From the NCBI GenBank assembly GCA_013265495.1, contig MU057999.1, positions 806,001 to 870,000 on the forward strand: 64,000 bases of DNA, written 5' to 3'. Of this stretch, positions 59,179 through 64,000 are shown in pieces (the stretch's first letter is position 1; the number at the start of each line of letters is the position of its first letter). A program made the position numbers and the translations under genes. A model generated the notes under the pieces. That model worked only from the letters and a program-made list of their open reading frames with translations. It was not told the DNA's origin and did not search any database. Source of the stretch: Vicugna vicugna. Taxonomy: Eukaryota.

Positions 59179-62100
59179 TGTAATTATTTTCATCAACTAT
59201 TTAGAAATAAAAATAAATAATATCGATGTGTGATTATTATGGGCTAGGTACAATAATAGACACTCTACAAATTGCATTTTATTTGATCTTTGTATTTCAT
59301 TGAAAAGCAGGCATATTGCATCGATTAGAACCCACGTCTTGTGAGTTCCACTCCAGTGCCTTCTGAACTGCAGCATGGCTGGCTAGGCAGGGAGGGGTCC
59401 TCTGAAGGAGGCAGGTGTGTGTTTTCCTCTGCTGATAATTAAAACCTGGCATCATTTTTCTAAAGGAAGGGTTGGCAGGCCCAAGAAGCTTAGTGAGACA
59501 TAAAGAAAACACAGCTCATTGTCTCTGGCCATTCCCAAATTTACCACTGAGTTTTGACTCTTGTAGAGTGAAATTCCACGTCATCTTGCTGAGATGTGAA
59601 CTTGAATCCTAGCTCCAAGGGACCTGCCTCTTGGGACACAATTGCTTTGCTCTTTGCCATTTATCATCATTGTATTATGTCCATTAGAATCATTCTTACA
59701 AAGTGGGGAAAAGAGGCCCCTCTCCTTCCCAAGAAAGCCAGCTGGTAGTACTGGTGATGGAATGGTGATGTAAATCAAGTTAAGGAGAAGAGAATAGACA
59801 TCTTATAAGAAAGAGTGTACCCTTGGTGGCATTACTCAATTTAAAAATTAATAGAAGTCTTAGAACAGGTTCACATTTCACCAGTTGAGTCTTCTTGGGA
59901 AGCCAGAAATAATCGTCCACGCCTACCCTTACCTCCCAGACGCTGTCCCCTCCTGCATGCTAGAACTTGACCTCCCTCTGCAAGTATCCAGCGTGCCGCT
60001 GCCCTTAAGTTCGGGGTCTCCGAGTACAGAGTGAGGGACCAGTGTGCTCCGGACAAGCTTCTTCCCATGAGATGCTGCAGCCTGGTCACCACGCTAGGGT
60101 CTCATTCCCCCTTATTCGGTCACTGATCCGTTCATCCATCCTCGCAGCAAACATGTACGAGCCTGGCTGTGTCTGTCCTCCAGGGCACATTTCTCACCCT
60201 TAGAAAGCCCATGAACTGCATAGCTCATCTCCCCTCTTGCAAGCCCTTGTCTCTCAGAACCTAGGCAAAGGATGCGAGGCTTCTGTATATGCATCTAGAG
60301 GCCCCAGTGTGCCAGGGATGGAGGTGCCAATATTCCCAGTGACTGTGCAAGGTTAAGGGGGACCATGCCGGGCCTCCAGGACTTTGCAGCTCTGTGAGCT
60401 CCCACCCTGCCCATGGGCTCTCCCAGGGCCCAGGGCTCCAGCCTCTCTGCTCAGGGCTCCCGCATGCCCCCACAGTGTAGTGTCCCATGCGGGCAGCACG
60501 CAGGGAAGGGTTTGTTCTCTGTGCCTGTCACTTTGCACGGAGGGAAGCGGGGCTTTTGTGAGTTCTCAAGTGAATCCTCTGGCCCATTGTCTGGGCCCAG
60601 CTCTCCACAGCCCTCCACCAGCACTGTGAGGACAGGGGCGGGGCTGGGAACACCGGATGTATTCCCAGCCAGAGCTGAAAACACTATTCATCCCAGAAAC
60701 CCCCTATTAAACCGCAACAACAGCTCAAAGAGGGAGGAGGGACCAGAGAGAGTGGAGGGGAGGGAGGGGGCAGAGGGAGAAGGCCTGAGGGGTGAGGAAG
60801 GAGGCGGGGGGCCAGGAGGAGGAAGAGATTTGTAAGTGGAGCTGGAGATGGATTCGGAGCTCTGAGGAGCCTCGTTCCTCCTAGGGAGGCCCTGGTGTGC
60901 CCAGTGGGGCTCCTAAGGAGAGCAGTAGGATGTGCCCACCCTGGTGGTGACAGCCCTCTTCCCTCTCTTGTGAGGCTCAGACCACAGGGAGCACGTTCCC
61001 CATCAGAGGCAGCGCAGGCTGGAAAGAGAGCAGATGGAGCCTGGAATGTGGGACTGGGGAAGAGAGAGCTCAGAGGTCCTGCCCCTCACAATCCTAAGGG
61101 CTGAGAAAGGGGAGCAGCTCTTTCTGTGGGGACCCTTTCAGAGGCACAGCAAGGGCCAAAGAAAGGAAATCCTAGGGGCCAGGCTTCTGATGGTTCGGAC
61201 AGTCTGACCAGAAAATGGCCATTCTGGGCAGGTAGTGAGTGTCTCATCTGAGGTGGTATGCAAACAGAGATTGAATGACCAGCTGGTGAGGGTGCTGGAT
61301 CAGAGGCTGCAGCTTGGGGAGGAGGACCTTGGTTTTTATTCCTTGAGAGGTTCTGACTTGAGAGCAGCAACCCAGATGGAGGTGGGGCCTTTGGATAGGA
61401 GGAACGTGAAGTGAGTGGGCAGGCTGGGTCGAGACTGGTCATCAGGTCCAAGCTGGAGGGTGAGAACAGTGCCCCAGATCCTGAACCACTGAACTGAGAC
61501 TATTTTCAGTTCAAAAGGAGACATGCAGGTGTCCTGGAAGCCTGGTTTTCTGGCCAGAAAACCATAGTGGAGAGCCTTGGGGCTCCAGCTCCTCAAGGAA
61601 ACATTTGCCCCACCCCCACAGGGAGCAAACAAGGCCAAGTCCGCAAATGACCCTCCCAAGAGCATCTAGCCCTGAAGAGGAGGAGGCGATTTCCAGGTGC
61701 CCGCCTGCCCATGGTCGGGAGACCTGAAGCTGTCCATCTGCTTCCTCTCAGACAAGAGCCTCGGTCCTGGAGTGATTGGTCCCATCCCATCGCTGTTCCA
61801 CCAAAGAAGGCTGGGCGGAAAGGGTCCAGGCTCGGACCATGTGCTGAGGGCAGAGCCAGGCCTAGCTCCCAGGTCAGCTGTCTCCTGGTACGTTTTCCCT
61901 GACAAACTGATGTGTATGTAGATGGCCTTCCTTCTCCACGTCTCACTTTACCTGCTTATTAAGTGGGGACAATTCCCTAACATGTCCCCTCTGTCACCAA
62001 GAGTGCTGCCCTCAGGGCTGGGTGTGCCTCTGGGTTGTACAGTGACATTTATCCGGTCCCTGAAGCTGTGAGGCCAAAGCCTGACAGCTCTGGGAGGGGA

Positions 62101-64000
62101 CAGTTCCTGCCCTGCGAGATTAGGCCCCAGACTTCTCCCTGCCTTCCTTTCTGCTGCAGAGGGCAGGTCGGGCACTCACAGCCAGAGCGGGAGGGGAGCA
62201 GGACTCTGCGGCCCCTAGGCCTGCTTGCCCCAGCTGTGGACACCCAGCAGGACCCCTCTAAGGCTAATGGGTCGGGGCGGCTGCACTTGGAGCTTCAGGT
62301 CCCTCTGGAGACATTTCTGCACAAAGGCCTGCACTGCAGGAGTTTGCAAGGCTTGGGGAGGACACAAGTGGGGTCTCAGGAAATGCGGGATGCTGGGAGC
62401 AGTCAATGCTATTGATTGGGAAACACAAATAGAAGTCTTCCCAGGGCGCTCTCCAGATGTCTTGGCAATGATAGAGCGGTCTTAGGAGCGTGAGTGACAG
62501 GCAGGCCAGGACAGGCTTTCCTGGACAAGGAGGAAGAATGGCAAAAGGTCCATTCCTATGGGCAGGAGACACCCGTGGAGTTACAGGGGCAGCACTGGAG
62601 GGGCCGAAGACATCACCCCCCTGTCCACCACAGCTGCTCAGCTGGACGAGGCTGTGAACTATGAGCTCGGAGACAGGACTGAGTCATTCCCTGCAGGCTC
62701 CTCCCACGGGGTCTGCTCTTGGTGGTCCACTGCTGCCATCACCACCACACAGTTGACAGTTGTCGTGTTGGTAGAGTCAGGCAGGATCAGAGCCCAGGAT
62801 GGACAGGCATCACAAGCAGTTCAAAATCAGTCCCACAAGAGCACGGGAAGTGATGAAAGGCAGAGAGTGATTGAGGCTACACTGAGGCTGACTCTGTACC
62901 AAGGTGAGGGATGGGACAGACTGGGTGGCTTAAGTCATCAGAGTGGCCTCCTAGAGGAAAAGTGACTGGGCCTCCACCTTGCAGCCTTCAGCCTTTGAAC
63001 CCTGGGCCTGATTCACATAGCAGATCTGGGTACATCTGCTGATTCCCCATCCATGGCTACGTGCGAGGCACAGAGGGCCTATGGAGGAGAGTGATGTCAC
63101 TCACAGCGCCTATAGGACACTGGGCATTGAAGCCGCCAGGAAGCAGCCCAGAATGCAGACCCTACGGAGCTGGGGTGCCTGCCAAGGGTAGTCTGTATTC
63201 TCAGGGGCAGGAGGAGAGCAATGGCTGGGTGGTCAGGCAGGCTTCCTAGAGGAGACGAGAAGGACTGTGGCTGAGCCTTAGAGAGCCAGAGGGACTTGGT
63301 GGGGTGGAGAGTCAGGTGTGATGAGGACAGATTCTATCTGGGGGACCCAGGTGGTGAGTCTGACAGTCCGCAGCAAGCCAGCCTTGCTTTCTGGAGAGAG
63401 AAGGTTGAGGCCTGTGCATGGAGGTGGGCTGGGCCTGAAGGCTGGATGCCAGGAGGGCAGTGCCATGGGGCAGGAGCAGCTTTTGCAGGTGTGGCCATGT
63501 GGAGGGTCAAGGACACTTGGAAGAGGATGTCGGTGCACCTGGTAGGAGGTGTGTGCCTGGCAGGAGGTGCACTGTGGAGCAGCCCTGAGGGGTTGCATCA
63601 GCTCCAGTGGCCCCTCGGGACTTAGCAGCCCCAGTCTGGTCCAGGATGTATCCAGGAGTACTCCAGGCCTACCTGCCAGCCCCCACACCTTCCTTCCTTG
63701 ATGGGTTGCCCCACACCTGGCATATCCCCCAAGCCCCTGCCACAGCCCTCCCCCTGGGGGCCCCTGGCTCTCTGGCTGCTGTCAGTGCATGCAGGGGCCC
63801 TAGGGGCACAGCCCAGTGCCAGTGACATCTGAGAGTTACTGTGCCACAGATCAATCCGGGATGAGGGCACAGGAGGGCTGCAAGAGAGAGGCGGAAGGCG
63901 GACGGCAGCATGTTCCTGCTGATTAACGAGCCCGGGCCGCCATCCATCGTCGGCCTTCGTTAGGCTGCAGAGTCATTTTGCATGGGCGTGCGGCCTCTCC

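Noticed and set aside
60700..60840. Possible alternative first exon (ctattaaa, purine-rich leader, TTT|gtaagt at 60832)
   Set aside because: Poor exonic donor context, no CpG island and no independent support
1..64000. CRISPR arrays, operons, defence systems, rRNA, or a named host gene
   Set aside because: The sequence is mammalian and repeat-rich, no regularly spaced repeat-spacer array was seen, and no exon could be matched to a known gene from memory

Overview
Mammalian genomic DNA, not prokaryotic. It is very probably camelid, because it carries a vic-1-type tRNA-derived SINE at 50657-50797 and four young artiodactyl-type L1 3' ends. I recognise no protein-coding exon, RNA gene or CRISPR array, and the supplied ORF track is explained by chance GC-rich frames and repeats. 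The window looks like a large intron or gene desert, made of interspersed repeats (MIR, L2, L1, MaLR/ERV LTRs, hAT and mariner DNA elements) between repeat-free blocks rich in developmental transcription-factor motifs. The most unusual signal is a ~1.07 kb degenerate LINE-1 ORF2 fossil (34125-35190). It has collinear endonuclease, tether and KSPGPDG-type motifs, and its peptide resembles fish/amphibian/reptile L1s more than therian L1s. It lies 1.5 kb from a CR1/L3 reverse-transcriptase fossil. Repeat family names come from my recollection of consensus sequences, not from a database search. Boundaries of old repeats are approximate, and the host gene could not be identified.
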